DNA of 64,000 bases, from the NCBI GenBank assembly GCA_032718475.1, contig JAUCBJ010001846.1, forward strand, positions 537,588 through 601,587. Direction: 5' to 3'. Under the pieces are notes generated by a model that worked only from the letters and a program-made list of their open reading frames with translations, had not been told where the DNA came from and made no database searches. Each line of letters starts with the position of its first letter. Position 1 is the stretch's first letter. Below are positions 63,801 through 64,000 of this stretch, in pieces. The DNA comes from Nemertoderma westbladi. Taxonomy: Eukaryota; Animalia; Xenacoelomorpha. Made by a program: the position numbers and the translations under genes.

Positions 63801-64000
63801 GCCTCATTATATTTTTCTGGCAATATAGAAAACGTTAGAATAGATCAGCTTTTTGAAAGACCTATAGACCTAATTTCTCTTAATCCAGATTTATCAATTG
63901 AGCAAAGGCAATTTAAAAATGCCTATCTGGCTAGTGTAATAGACCCTCTATTGGAAGGTTTTGATGTTCATTTTATAGAACAATATGCGAGGTTGGTCTC
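60858..64000 (+). CDS. Continuation of the giant protein (second HExxH motif, GNAT motif); open to the window end and absent from the ORF track
   Basis: Manual translation found no stop in about 1,047 codons; HELIH at 61794-61808; VSDPNKQRQGLATQL around 62712-62756. Confidence 0.85.

Overview
AT-rich gammaproteobacterial chromosome segment, probably from a host-associated lineage undergoing reduction. The housekeeping backbone is intact and tightly packed: prmC'-prfA-hemA, a TPR gene, tRNA-Val-thrS-infC-rpmI-rplT-pheST-ihfA-merR-tRNA-Pro, map, purB, acnB, dnaG, plsY/folB, aspS-nadA-yebC-ruvCAB-ybgC-tolQRAB-pal and tadA-tRNA-Arg. Many accessory genes between these are decayed: a glycosylation cassette, a C-protein-controlled restriction-modification system, a UDG-like gene, a YiiX-like gene, an autotransporter, and LysR, HlyC-like and alr remnants. 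The most interesting part is the island downstream of tRNA-Arg(CCT), 54.9-64 kb. It holds an XRE regulator with operator-like and iteron-like repeats, and an intact NYN/PIN ribonuclease gene whose near-consensus promoter first transcribes a ~65-nt two-stem RNA ending in a U-tract (candidate RNA-antitoxin or abortive-infection module). It also holds a Mu-like phage end with a Dam-type methylase, and the start of a giant (about 1,780 aa or more) multi-domain effector-like gene that the ORF track mostly misses. That gene has two HExxH motifs, a putative circularly permuted OTU-like segment and a GNAT motif, and is frameshifted inside a 15-bp tandem repeat. All calls are by eye; no database searches were run.
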